This document shows positions 1 through 13,563 of a stretch of DNA of 64,000 bases, in pieces. Numbering within the stretch: the first letter of the stretch is position 1; each line of letters starts with the position of its first letter. The notes below the pieces were generated by a model. That model did not search any database. It was not told the DNA's origin and worked only from the letters and a program-made list of their open reading frames with translations. The translations under genes were made by a program, and so were the position numbers. Origin of the DNA: Octopus vulgaris (Eukaryota); contig OX597825.1 of NCBI GenBank assembly GCA_951406725.2, positions 38,006,001 through 38,070,000 of the forward strand. Direction: 5' to 3'.

Positions 1-2345
1 TGAATATTTAATTATCCTTTGAACACAATATCGTTAGTTGAATGTATGTATCATGTAATTCCGTATTGCATATTTCCTATAGTCACAGTGTCAAAAATGT
101 GCGTTATAGGATATTATATATTTGTAGTTTCGGATCACCAAGCACTTCCACCACTTCAGCACAAATACGAAATGACTCAAATTTGTGAATCAGGGTGCAG
201 TCGAGTATATCGATCCGAGTACTTTATTAGTACATTATCTTATCAATCAGGAAATGAAGCAATGCAAATTTGACCCCGGCGTAAAAAGAAAAAAACAACG
301 GAACAAATTCTCAAATAATTACTGAATATATTTCAATAAGAACAGTGTAACAATTTTCAATAGTATAAAAATTCTATTTATTTCAGTTTCTCCTCAATTT
401 GTTGCGTATGAAGCAAGGGACTGCATCACACTGTTTTCCCTTTTAATGACTTCCTGATGAAAGCGATAACACAGCATCATTTTTTTTTTACACTTCGCAC
501 TGCAATTGCACTTTTTCTTGAATCCGACAAATATCAGTTTCGTGTTTCAGGATTTTCCTCTAGTTTTGTAGAGACGTTACTTTTACAAGTGACTCCCAAC
601 CACACACACAAATAAACACACACACGCTCACACGCACATATACACACACATACTACTTCCTGAATCATTAGGTTGTATTTCCTGTAACATACCGGGTCAT
701 TGAGTTAACCTTTTAAGACCACGCTTGGTCTGTTAAAATTAACTGACAAATCTCATTCAGACCATATCCTAACAACAACGTCTTTCAAGAATTATGATAC
801 ACGAGATAAAGTAAACAAAACCACAGGATGCCCGGGGACTAAGATTCTTTGATCATGCGTCTGCCTAATCAGGGCAAAGCAGAGGTTAATAAAAACGTCT
901 ACAATGTTTGAAGGATCTAAAAATTTTGTAACGATTACAGTTTAGAGTAAATATGAAAGGAAACACGTATAGAATATTAAAGCTGGAAGTATCTAAATTA
1001 CCTATACTACTGAACTTGAGAATATTTTCAACGTCTAATAAATTGATTTTGATTATATATAGTTTCGATAACTAACTATATACATAAATAAGTGAATATA
1101 AACAAACGGATGATAATAGCCATTAGAAAACCAGACTCTAAGACACCAAACAAAATTTGGCATAACAAAAGGAAAATGAATTAGCAAAAACGAAATGAGA
1201 TTGTAAACTACGTCTAGGACGATAAACACTGATGAAGTTATAGCCTGTAGTTCAATGAAACGGAGTGGGGGAGCGGCAACTACGTTGAATTCTGTGTATG
1301 GTGTGAGGATATATATATATATAATAATAATATATTTGAAGACAAGGCAGACTACAACAACGCAAAAACAGTTACTACCAATAAACGCAGGAGAGAAAAT
1401 ATATTAAGGGAATAGATATATTAGATACACAACTAAGAAAACAATATAGAAGTTAGGGAATGGAAAACGAATAATGACTATATTATTAATATTACTTTTA
1501 TAATTGAGAGATTGAAAAATTCTGTCTTTGCTTCGCAAGTATATTTATAAGAGTAAAAACCAGTACCCTTATTTTATAAATGAATAACTTCAAACTATTT
1601 TGTCAAGTATATTCTTGTTTGAGTCACACTCGAATTGAAAAGATATATGTGTCGACACATACTAAGAATAGAAGATCAAATTTTCAAATACTGACACTTG
1701 AAATTGAAATATTTTCTACATACCAATCAGACTCAACTCCTTTCATGATGTTTTCATTGAACAAACAATAAAACAAAACAGAAACCGCAAATTAAGAAAA
1801 GTGTTTCTTGAGTAATTTTCCTTTTTAACTGAAACGTTCAATACGTTTCGCATCACATCTCAAAACGTGTCTATATTATGTATGGATAGCAGAAACATGT
1901 AGATTATCCAATGAATCGGTTATGAACTAGCATCACCTCCTGCTGCTTCTAATACATATTTCTAACGTAAAACATTTGACACCCGAAGAAAAACGAATAT
2001 ATGAAGATGCAATGAATAAAGCTTGGTAGTGTCATATTCAATGATTACAGCGTTTATGTTTTGAGTATTTATCCTTGCACAACTAGTTAAAAGCGCTTGA
2101 TGCGTACACATATCTACATACGTACAAATACAAACACATACATACAAAGATATGCACAAGCATATGTAGACAAATAGTTTACAGCATTGCTGGTGACAAA
2201 AAGGATAGTTTAAAATCTAAACTGTGAGGCTCATATCAATTTAAGGCGGTACTTGCAATTATCACGAAATAAACACTCGTAAATCATAAACAGCTACATT
2301 ATACACACTCTTATACTATTTCATATATATATATATATATATATA

Positions 2346-5300
2346 CTACCTGATGTACTCGGTAATTTCTGGAAAAGCGGGGTTTACCCCTTCGTTCCGT
2401 TCTCATTATTGTTCCGCAAATCCAATAACAACGATACAAAGTATGTAACCCATAAAACTGTTCTGTGCATTTACAGCAAATACCGAACTGTCTTATATAG
2501 GGTCTTGATTTTGAAAAATCCCAATAAGTTATGAATAACCAAATCGTGAAGTCAGTTACGTAAGGACATGAAATTAGTTACCCGATAGTAAGAATTCAAA
2601 TATAGTAGCCAAGAAAAGTGTTTTAATGCATTCCCAGAGTATATGTAATTTAGGAGAAAATACCAGTAAGGTATGTATACCAAAATAATGAATAGTGTTA
2701 CGTAATAACAGGCTAATCTGATATGAGGTAATAACAATTCAAAGTAAATGACTCAGAAAAGGGCTTTTGCGCGCCCCCAGAGAATAAAAGCCTTAGGGGC
2801 GCTAGTGTTGAAATAGATTTACAAATGAATGTGGAAATAGGCTGACATTTAGTTTTCAGTTGGCATACAAATAAATTTGCATATAGATTAAAATAAAATA
2901 TCTTAGATTATCAATACATTTACAACACTTACAAATATTACACTTAGATAATTAATACCTGATGGTTTTGGGAGTGTTATTAAGTTTGCAGATCTTCTTG
3001 ATAAACAACATTTTTGGTCTTTCCTTGCGGGGCATAAATAAACAAAGCATTAGGATTTCCGTCTCTTGAGCATCCTACATAAATTTGGCCATGCGAGAAA
3101 ACAGGTTCCGCAAGGTTTAGACTTAGCAGGACTGCTAAGGACTGTCTCTGGGCCTTGTTAATGATCATTGCAAAGCTCAGTTTCAACATGAATTGCAGCA
3201 GCTTGTACTGGAAAGGCACATACGAGGGAGTAAATGGAATCCTAGAAATAAATAGAGGCTCATCGATTTACCAATCAAAATTGTTGTCTCCAAGACTGTT
3301 GGCATCGTCTTCTTTATAATAAGCCGTATGCCATTGCAAAGCGTGGGTGAACCGAAGTTTCGAAGCAGCATAACTGGTGTCCCAACCTTGAGGTGGAAGG
3401 TGTTAGGTGGGAGGCCGGGTGGTGTTAGACTATTCAAGAATTCATTTGGATAATTTACAGCTTTATCGATGTTGAGTACAGTGTGAATGGAATTGTAGAT
3501 GTGACGCCCACCTGGAAACTGTTCCAGAAGTTTGATGTTCAAATCATCTACTCCCACATTCTTGGGAGCTAAAATGGCAAGGGTTCTCAGCCAGTTGTGG
3601 TCTGTAGACTGATTCCTCAGGTTAGCAAACACCTTAATTATTAGTTCCTTTAAATCAGATACCATATATCCAAAAGGCAAGCTTACCCGGCCATCCTTCT
3701 CACCAACTGATGTGCAATTACCTACGTCCAACAATTTCTTTGAATAGATTCTGTCTGCATCATCACCACTGAGCTGCAGTCTCATGTTGGTTGTGAATCT
3801 CAGCTTTTGCACACTGCTCCATAGGTAGGACGACTTGATTCTGGCATTTACCTCATCAGCTCTTGCTCCCTTTGGAACCACGGGAAGAGTTTGTCTAAAG
3901 TCTCCTGCAAGCAAGACTGGCACTTCCCATGAGCCTGGTGTTGTGTTGAGATCCTTGAAGGTCCATGTCAAAAGTTTCAAAGAAAACCTTATGTCTCATT
4001 GTCGCCTCATCCCAGACGATCAACTTGCATTTATTCAGTAGTTTGACTGATGTTGCATTTTGCCTTCTCTTGGACAGGTCCGAAGGGAGTTTGAAACAGG
4101 AATGAGCTGTGGCCACCACTTAGCAGTGTTGCAGTTATTCAACTTGACGTCACTGCTATGGTATGTGTTTCATTTGACGCAGTTTAGTCAGAAAAAGCTT
4201 GATGACAAATGTCTTGCCAGTTCGACCTGGAACATCCAGAAAGAAAAAAACTCCTCTTTCACTTTCAATGCTCAAAATAATGGTCTTCTGAACACCCAGT
4301 TGGTCCTTCTTCAGTTTGTGTTTGTTATCAGATATATACACCGTCATTTCTTCGATGTCATAGCCCAGTTCTTCGCAGGTGCTGAATTGCGAGATTGTTT
4401 GCTTCCTGCCCGGTTGAGGCAGATCAAATGTGGCAACGCTTTGACCTCCCATAGCGTGCACTCGGGTGTACAGATCAAGTAATATCTCATTGTAAAAGGC
4501 GTTATTGATCGTGGCAATTTCTGCTGAATTTTGCCTTTGAATCCTTTGTAGGATGTTCTCAGCCATGCTGTTTTGTGGGTCGATAAAAGCTTGAGAGGTT
4601 CAGGCAAGCCCCATGTTATCAACATGATAGAAAATAGCTGGCACAGTTGACTAGTGCCAGGTCTCAGTGAGTATCGTCCTCCAGTAGTCCATGTTTGGTG
4701 CAGGTTTCACTGTAGGTCGTGTAGAATTCCCCTATGTGTCCTAAAAGGACTGACAGTGTGCAACCGTAGACGCAGAAAGAAGCACTCCTACCGATTAGGG
4801 TGCATAGTGTACACCTGGCCGATGGCTCCACTTCTGAAGACTGCATGATTTCCCCAGCTGTTCCTTGCTTGCATCTGTTCCAGCTATTGTGTGCCCAGGT
4901 AGAATACACGGAAACGTCAACATGCAACAGTGTTCGGGAAAACATCACATTGGGATAATTTTAAGGTTTCTGGTGGATTCAGAAATACTTTTTGAGCACT
5001 GTCGTCTGTGAAATATACACGCTGGCCATTTTGAAGATGTACAGAGTTGGATGCCTCTCGAGGATTTCGAAGCCATCGTTAGAGAAAATATACATGCTCA
5101 ACTTATATTGCTGAATTTTATATTTATATTGCCTCCTGCTCAAGTTCAAAAACCACCATATCTGAGCCCTTATTGATATATTTACATATATATTTAATAC
5201 TTTTTATAGAGTTACATGACTCAATATTAACATAGGCCTGCAATGATTTATACAGCAAAGGGTTGCAGGGCACGATGCATCTGTAGTCAATTTCCATCCT

Positions 5301-5598
5301 ATGATCATTAACCTTGAGCTTGGTAGTGTTTAGGGTGATCAAAGGAAAATGAACGGGTTATTTTCCTTGACTAGCAAACTGAATGGATTAGTTCCCTTGG
5401 CTCTTCAAGGAAAATATGTTGGCTATATATGTAGAATCCTTCTAGGGTCCCTAGACATCCAAATATAGAGCTTTATTAAGCTTCAATGAGCCTAGTAACA
5501 AACAGGATATTATTTTAACATGTTTCTTAAGTTTCACGAAAATTCGTAAACGGCACTTGACGCAGACAGACATCCAAACAGACAATTTGAGTTTATAA

Positions 5599-5605
<7 letters not shown>
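2346..5605 (-). mobile_element. Helitron, internally deleted, degenerate RepHel copy with both termini still recognisable
   Basis: Minus-strand fragments encode the Rep HUH-nuclease tyrosine motif (NIESCNSIKSIKYICKYINKGSD, 5124-5342), VHLQNGQRVYF (~5000-5042) and PIF1-helicase motifs (see next feature). The 5' end reads ATATTTATAAACTCAAATTGTCTGTTTGGATGTCTGTCTG. The 3' end reads CCAGAAATTACCGAGTACATCAG-GTAG|T, a decayed hairpin plus CTAG variant. Both ends abut TA tracts. Confidence 0.9.
2980..4566 (-). pseudogene. Helitron PIF1-like helicase pseudogene with multiple frameshifts and stops
   Basis: ORFs 4156-4566, 3895-4119, 3183-3980 and 2980-3219 hold consecutive PIF1/SF1B motifs in different frames: FFLDVPGRTGKTF (Walker A), LIVWDEATM (Walker B), GDFRQTLPVV, LRNFGSPTLCNG, FAMIINKAQRQSL and VFSHGQIYVGCSR. 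Confidence 0.92.
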
Positions 5606-5681
<76 letters not shown>

Positions 5682-5713
5682 TGTATGTATGTATGTATAT
5701 GTATATATTATTA

Positions 5714-5744
<31 letters not shown>

Positions 5745-5894
5745 CATCATCATTATGATTATTATCATTAGCATATAGTGTTATCATAATACACTAAATC
5801 CTGTTAAATATAGCTACCCGGCATTTGTTGGTTGAAATAATATTTTATTTCGCCGTCTATGAAGTTGAGAACAAGACCTGGGTATATATGCGTG

Positions 5895-5938
<44 letters not shown>

Positions 5939-6919
5939 CGTAAGTACACTCGTGGAGGACTTTTCCTTCCGAGTATCCGTCGTTACTTTCTTGTTTATAT
6001 CATAGGCAAATTTAGTTAATTACTTCTTTGGAGAATTTTTTTAAAAAACACTTAAATACACTTACATACACTTTTGGATACACTTAAACATGTTTCATTT
6101 TAGTTCGTGCCTCATAAGAAAATACATTACCTATATATTGATATATTTGAATCTTCTTTCGGTATAAGCAAATGCTTTTTTTTTTTAGGAAGATTCAGGT
6201 ATATCAATGAATATATCTTTAAATACATTCAGCCAATGTCAGTATCATGATAATCCGTTGAGGATCCTGCATGATTCTTATGTATGAAATGCCCATGTAG
6301 TGCTAAAAATGTATCCAAAATGTTTGAAAATAATTTAATATTCATTACATAAAATCGGGTACTCATTTAACATTTCTACAAAGTAATATTAGATATATTA
6401 TAGCTAACCACAAACCTTGTAACATAATAATAGATGCTGTACATTTTGCCCTTTCGATTTGGGAACATATCCCTAGTGGCCGCATATATCTGTTCACAGA
6501 ATAGCAGCATATAGAATATGTTAATTTCTATTAACAAATACGAGAAAAGTCTATTGCAAAAGAGACGCGTAAAATCTGTCAACAAGCGAAATGGTAGATA
6601 TCGACATTTGCCTCATAAAGGGAAATTGCAGAGGTAAAGCGTTAAATAATTCAACAATAAACACTATGAAAACCATTCAGTAGTCACACAGGACGAGACT
6701 TAATGCTAGGCAAGCGATCCAATATGTATATCTAGTCGGTTATATCCTTATTTTAGTTTATCAAAGCTTACGCATGTCTTATGTATAGGGTTTAATTGCA
6801 CAACGAAACTATATATGTACCTCTACTCTGGATAAATTTCATATTTATAACAACTTCACACTTCCAACGACACCGAAATGATACCACAAAAATACAGAAT
6901 ATGCATACACACACGTGCA

Positions 6920-6956
<37 letters not shown>

Positions 6957-9900
6957 CACGCTCACTGATAATCATAAGAGAAACTTGAAATGATATACAA
7001 ATATATATTTACAAGTTAACATATCTCTTTAAAATTAATGTTAAAAAATTTTTGACAGATTTCATTCAAAAATCATTCTGCTATTATGTATATATCTAAA
7101 AGAAATTGAAGAACTGGAAACTAATTGAAACGAACTATTCTTATTTTCGAAACTCACTTTCACAATTACTACATAACTAAATAAAATGTGTTTTTCTTTT
7201 CGTAGAACAGAATCTAACTTGTGGTTTCCTTTGGGAAAAAAATATAATTTGTTTAAGTATTCATAGTGAAATGCGTGTTATTCATGGACCTTTACACACT
7301 TCGAACTCTCTTCACGATTTTGGTGCTCTGCTGTGCTGTTTGAGAAACATGCGAGACAGAATAAGATAATTCGACATTTAGAGGAGTGCCAGTCAAGTGG
7401 CACTAGCTGAACAAAGTGTCTCTTTATATTTCCAGAACCCACCGTCATTAAAGGAATCTCTTAATTGTTTAAGTTAATGGAATTGTAAAGAAAAAAAAAT
7501 TGTAATATCACAAAGTATGCTTTATTGTATCTCTTTTCAGCGTTTTGAAATTTTGATTAAAATATTCTTCATCTGAGATATTGTTTTCATTGATGATAGC
7601 GGAGAAAGCGCACCATCCTGTTTTCGAATCGATTCTAAATGGTTCCTCTCCATATCATAACGGGAATCTAATGAATATTTTAAAAGTTGAGTCGTCTCTG
7701 AACAATAATGATACATGTGATAGTTTAAATGTTGAAAGTAGCTAATGATATAATAGTTAATATGTCATGGAACATGTTTGAAAAAACTCGTCATGATACA
7801 ACTAGCAATCAAATTTTGGCCTTTCTACTTTCCATTTAAAGTATCATTGCATATTTGAAACCAAGAAACTCAGTCTAAATAAAACGTAAATACATTGATC
7901 ATACATTCGCTCAGATCTTGGCTGCAAAGTTCTTGCTCAAGTCTCAAATTTTTCAGAAGTAATTCCTGGATAAACAATAACAGCAACAACAAAATAAGCA
8001 TAAACAAGAAAATATTATTTGGAACCGGAAAATTATCATAGTGATTTAATTTCATTTGGAATTTTAAGGATGTAAGTGAAAATAATACCAGCTAGATCGG
8101 AAGAGTAAAGCGAAAAAGCAAAGCAGAAATAAATAAAAATAAAATGATAAAATATTAATAGCTACATAATAGCCTATGCACCGCTTCGAAATATGTTACG
8201 TTGTTACTCGAATATTTTTTATATATTTATATTATTTTTACATAACATTGTTTGTTTTCGCTTGTTTGCTCCAAATCTCTGGTAACAAAACATACTTGCT
8301 CCCTTAGGCTTTCATTTAACAGAAAGTGGATAGTTTTACATTACTAAAATCTAAACAAGAATCAGTTTCCAAGACGGTATAAAGTGTAAAGTAACAACCA
8401 TATCAAAATACAGAACTACAGAACTTACTTTCACGTCAATCGTAATTAATGATGCCACATTGTGAAACACTAATTTAAACTGTTATTATTTAAACAACAG
8501 CGTTTATTGATTTAATATAAAATAATATTGAGTAAAATTGAACCTACAAAGGGGTACTGGATCGAAGCACTATGTTTAAACTGTGTTTCCAAATTTATAA
8601 CATTGTTTGTTCTTCTAGAAGGCAAGTTCGAAATGAGGACCTCATTGATATTGAGTAATATTCTAGAGGTAAAATATGAACTCATATTTGTGTTCAAAAT
8701 TATTATTTTCATATTTTGATGAACTAATATCCTAGGAAATGATATTGCTATGAATAGAAATGACACTATATAATATTTAATATTTCAGATTTTAAAATAT
8801 TAGATATAAGGATATCTCGATGTAATATCCATTCCATAATATAAATAACATGTCAAACAGATATTCATAGAAATTACATATAATAATTTTCTGTTTCAAA
8901 ATAGTTACTTTTGCAATAAAGATTATGCATGAAACACAGTTACAAAATATTCATTTAATTTTAGAACTTTAGCTTATTTCTCTTAAGCACTAATCTTCTT
9001 AGGAATCAGCTTAACATTGAATAGTTGCATCAACTCAGAAACAAAAATTATATTTTCGTATTCCATATATGTCCTTATATATTTATTTGGTTTTTGTGTT
9101 TTGGGATTCAAAAAGGAAGATAAATGTTTAAAAATTTCAATATTTTGCATTTAAGAGAACCGCAATATCTATAAACGGTAATTCGATTGCAGAAATAAGT
9201 GGAATAATTATGGTTTGCATGAACACTTTCAGTATCCAAGGAAGGGTCATATAACATCAAATATGTTTATATAATTAAATTTGTCATACAATATCAGAAT
9301 TGTCTCTGCTAAACGAATGCGTGTTAAAAGTTGCTGATATATTAGATATTAATCGTTTAAGAAAGAATTAACATGTGAAAAACCAATATAAGATTCAAAA
9401 TAAAGAATGAAAATACTGTATAATAAATATAGATTAAGATAACCAACAATGAAAACCATTCGACAACATATTGTAACTATTAACTATACGCCACTAAAAT
9501 TGATTACTGCAAGCCATTCATACATGCAAACATTCAAACTTTGAATCAATGATATATTTTTGTTTCTCGAAATTCAAAGAGAATATAACACAAAAAAGCA
9601 AATAGAAAATCCAAAACCCTAACAATATCATGAAAGGCAAATGCGGTAAGAGACTGATGAAACGATGGCAACAAATATTTAAAAGCCAGCCAGCTTTTGT
9701 GATCGTGTGTTTGGACTTTGTGATAAGCTCACTACATGAGTAAAATGAAATGAATCGAAAATCGATTTGTATCTGTCATACTGTTATTGGATTATGGACG
9801 TGCGGTTGGTGATCTCATTAGCTTTGATATATGAAATCCCTCAATAAATTTCTTTATCTTTTTATCTTTCCCCTTCACTCTTTCTGTCTCATCCATTTCC

Positions 9901-10352
9901 TTTCTTTCTATTCATCTCTGTCTATTTCAGATCCTTTACGATATTCTCCAAGCTGAGTATCAATAAAATTCTGAGTTGTGATGAATGATATATTAAATAT
10001 CAACATGGCATTATTGATAATTGAAGAGAAAATATAGCAAGAAAAGTGTGGGAATATATGTGTATAAATTTCTGCATTTATTTGTGTATCGGCATCTCTG
10101 TATAAATGTGCTCATATTTACACATTCTTACTCGCAATCACCAACCTGCAAATAAACACACACACGCACGCATACATATATAGGCACACAGACGCACAAA
10201 CACAAACACACATATTTAATATATATATATGTATATATGCATATATATATATATGCGTATACATATTTGGATGCATTCATACATGCACAAACACATATTC
10301 ATATGTGTTCTAATGTATGACCAAAGTGGTCGTTAGAATTTATAGTTGGTTG

Positions 10353-10397
<45 letters not shown>

Positions 10398-11707
10398 TTA
10401 GAATATCTTGAACAGCTATTAGGCATAGTGCAGTTGAGAGCAAAAGTAATGCGTTTGGGTATAGCGCTATTCAGGTTGGAGTCGTCATGCGTGGGTGACT
10501 GTATCAGTATATATGATGTTGATTTCGCTAGAAGTCTTTTTTTTATTTAACAGATGAGAGGCAATGTTGACCTAGCAAAAAGTTGCAACATGTGTGTATA
10601 TCTATTGTTCCCGAAATATAACTTTGTGATGCATTTTGCTGTTTCAGTCATCCTGCTATATTATAAGGATTTTCGGAAGGAAAAATTGGTTACTTATAAG
10701 TGAGACCTTAACATACGCACTCTGTTCTATTGTAAATATTACGTAGTAAGAGATTTAGTTCAGTGCTATCGAAACTTTGAAAGGAGCGAACAAGCCATAT
10801 CTGTAAGGGAAGTGTATGTGTTTGAGAATGTCTGCATAAATGTGTGTATGTATATATATATATATATATATGTACATATATTGTTTGTAATTTAGTGAAC
10901 AATAGGAAGACGTGTGCAAAATATAACAGGAGATATGTTGTACACATAGTTATGAATACAGCTTTTGACAGCATTCTTTCGCAGGGTTATTTACAGCCGT
11001 CTGCATCCGTAATATTATGATATAATATCGAATATAAAACAGTATTTATTACGCCAAATATCTATTCGTATAATATTTATTTCCAATAAGTAACGAAGCG
11101 TAACATATCTTTGTTTTATAGAAAAGCTTGTCGTTTTTCATAAATATAAAAGATCGTTTTAAAACATATTTACGTCTAATAATTTTTCAATTATTAGGCG
11201 TAAATATATCAGATAAGGAAATACCAATAAGTGAAACGCATTATTTCAGTTAAAGAGTACAAAGCTTTTTTAACCATGTATTGTGTTCAACACTCTGTAT
11301 ATAAAGAGGAAATATCTGTAATTCCTGCATTATATATTTTTCAGCATACACACACACGCGCGCGCGCGCGCGCAAACAAGATACCCCATAATCACACACT
11401 AATAAGACCATCAACTATTCTTGATATTGCAATAGAAACACATTCACACTATTAGTTAAATAGACTTCACTAATATATTTGTAGTTGTGTGTGTATGTAT
11501 GTGTATGTATTGGAATTTAATGCGCTTGGCTTAGATTTTCCTTTGGGGCTTGCCAGGTCGGAGCAATCTCAAGATTAATCAGCCGAAATTGCGAAAATGA
11601 TCCGGTTCTTGACTGAAGATCGAAGGCTTCGAATGCCCCGTCCGTTTTTTTGTATCGTCTTCTAAATGTTTTGCGTTCTTGTCCCAGTTTGCGTTTTTTT
11701 ACATTTA

Positions 11708-11741
<34 letters not shown>

Positions 11742-11752
11742 ATATATATATA

Positions 11753-11790
<38 letters not shown>

Positions 11791-12374
11791 TGCATATATA
11801 CATATGTATGTAGGTATGTACATATATGTATGTATATATGCATACAATTATATAATATATGTATTAATATATGATTGAACGCCACGCATCCCTTTCCAAC
11901 TAAGTTATATGTTAATTACGATGCGCACTCTTCTATCTCTACTATCTCTTATCTGTCTCTCTCTCTCCCTCTCTTGTTCTTCATCGTTTCTGATTTTCTC
12001 TCCCACCCTTCTCTATTCTTTTCTTCACCTCTTCACTGTTCCCTCTCTCTCACTCTTGCTCATTGACTCCCGTCGCTGACACGTGACGAAAGGGAATCTA
12101 TCTTAAAGACAACATGTACTTATACATGTCGTCTCTCATAAGCTCGTCTTCCTAGCATTCATAATAATTTTCCCATCGTCTTGGCTTAACAGCCCTCACC
12201 GTTTGTTTTTACTGTTTTGTTCTCACTGTCCTGTTCTTGTTACCACTTTCATCCTCCACAAAAAATCTAGAATTTTATTTAATATACCTTGCGGGATAGA
12301 TTGTTTCAACGAAGTCGCGTATTGTCCTTGCCTTCGAAAAAGCGGAGTAGATGATATTGTCAAGATAAACACTG

Positions 12375-12612
12375 CAGTGAATATAGTGACTAATTATATA
12401 AATTTATAAATAAGGATAATATCGATATTATTAAGTGGTTTGACTGCTATTTCCGCAATGTAGTGTCTCTCAGATACCCTTATTTATAGTTGTGAAAAAT
12501 TATTACCGTTGTAGGGTATTTATTCTCATGCTGACGACTTGATAATATCGATATTTAAATATCGATATTATCCTTATTTATAAATTTATATAATTCGTCA
12601 CTATATTCACTG
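12375..12612. repeat. 55-bp inverted repeat (12375-12429 / 12558-12612)
   Basis: CAGTGAATATAGTGACTAATTATATAAATTTATAAATAAGGATAATATCGATATT and its reverse complement, with one mismatch. Confidence 0.95.
12433..12480 (-). ncRNA. Hammerhead-ribozyme-like motif (type I, core with one extra nucleotide), copy 1
   Basis: Minus strand: GGGTAT-CTGAGAGA-CACTACATTGCG-GAAA-TAGCA-GTC-AAACC. Stem I is imperfect (GGUAU/AAACC), with a GUC site and a short helix III. Confidence 0.45.
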
Positions 12613-12719
12613 ACCATTTCGCGCTTACGAGGTAGTTGGCGGGCAATTTAAATCTGACCTTGTACATACGTGCATATATATGTATGTCTGGACGCTCGTA
12701 TATGTAAGTATAACGTGTG

Positions 12720-12781
<62 letters not shown>

Positions 12782-12802
12782 ATTTATGTGCTAATGTGGT
12801 AT

Positions 12803-12861
12803 ATTCAACTGACGAAAGCAGAGCTTATTTGAAGCAAAGTTAGAAATCCAGGATCTTGAAT
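12803..12861 (+). ncRNA. Hammerhead-ribozyme-like motif (type I, canonical CUGACGA/GAAA core)
   Basis: ATTCAA-CTGACGA-[AAGCAGA GCTT ATTTG AAGC AAAGTTA]-GAA-ATCC-A-GGAT-C-TTGAAT: 6-bp stem I, near-palindromic helix III and an AUC site. The base of stem II is imperfect. Confidence 0.6.
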
Positions 12862-12950
12862 TATCCAGTAATATCTTTTTGCTAGTTTATTTTGTCTTTC
12901 TGTCTTATCTCGTGGTGCGATATGAACATTTTAGGTGTTTTTTAGAGTTA

Positions 12951-12994
12951 GGGTTTGACTGCTATTTCGGAATGGCGGTATCTCTCAGATACCC
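12951..12994 (-). ncRNA. Hammerhead-ribozyme-like motif, copy 2 (direct repeat of the 12437-12493 segment)
   Basis: Minus strand: GGGTAT-CTGAGAGA-TACCGCCATTCC-GAAA-TAGCA-GTC-AAACCC. Stem II pairing is poor. Confidence 0.4.
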
Positions 12995-13479
12995 TTATTT
13001 ATAGTTGTATATATATATATATATACATATACATGATAGAAAATAATACCTTCTCTAGTCATATAAAGTCGATTAAGTATTATTAAAGGGGAGGTGAGTT
13101 TAACAATTAATTGGTACCCCTGATGAGATTATAGAAATTCAGCAGTATCATCAATGGAATTTTCGCATTTAGAACTAACGCAAACATAGAAGTAGCTGCT
13201 TTATCATTAATTACAATATAAAATACTTACATGTTCTTGGAATACTAAAATAAATTTGTCGTAATTGCTTTACGATTATTGTTAAATAAAGTTCATTATA
13301 ATATTTTTCCATCATTTATATATTTGTATTATCCTTATTCTTTTTCCTATATATTACTGTATACTGTATATGGTTTGTGGTATGACAGACTAAGGTGCTT
13401 TTTTATCAGTACCGCTGGATTACTTGAACCCAGCTACAGTCACTTAAACATATATATATATATATATGTGTGTGTGCAT

Positions 13480-13563
<84 letters not shown>

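Noticed and set aside
1225-1270. CTGATGA...GAAAC motif
   Set aside because: No stem I pairing and no NUH site in the right position.
2770-2806. GCGCCCC/GGGGCGC hairpin followed by CTAGT as a plus-strand Helitron end
   Set aside because: CTAG overlaps the stem instead of lying ~10 nt downstream, and it is internal to the minus-strand Helitron.
7540-7970. Candidate minus-strand exons (acceptor TTTATCCAG at ~7968, ELLLKNLRLEQELCSQDLSE; second frame ending KISKR* before AATAAA)
   Set aside because: Joining the obvious donor and acceptor creates an immediate stop, and I recognise no homology. Not supportable without transcript data.
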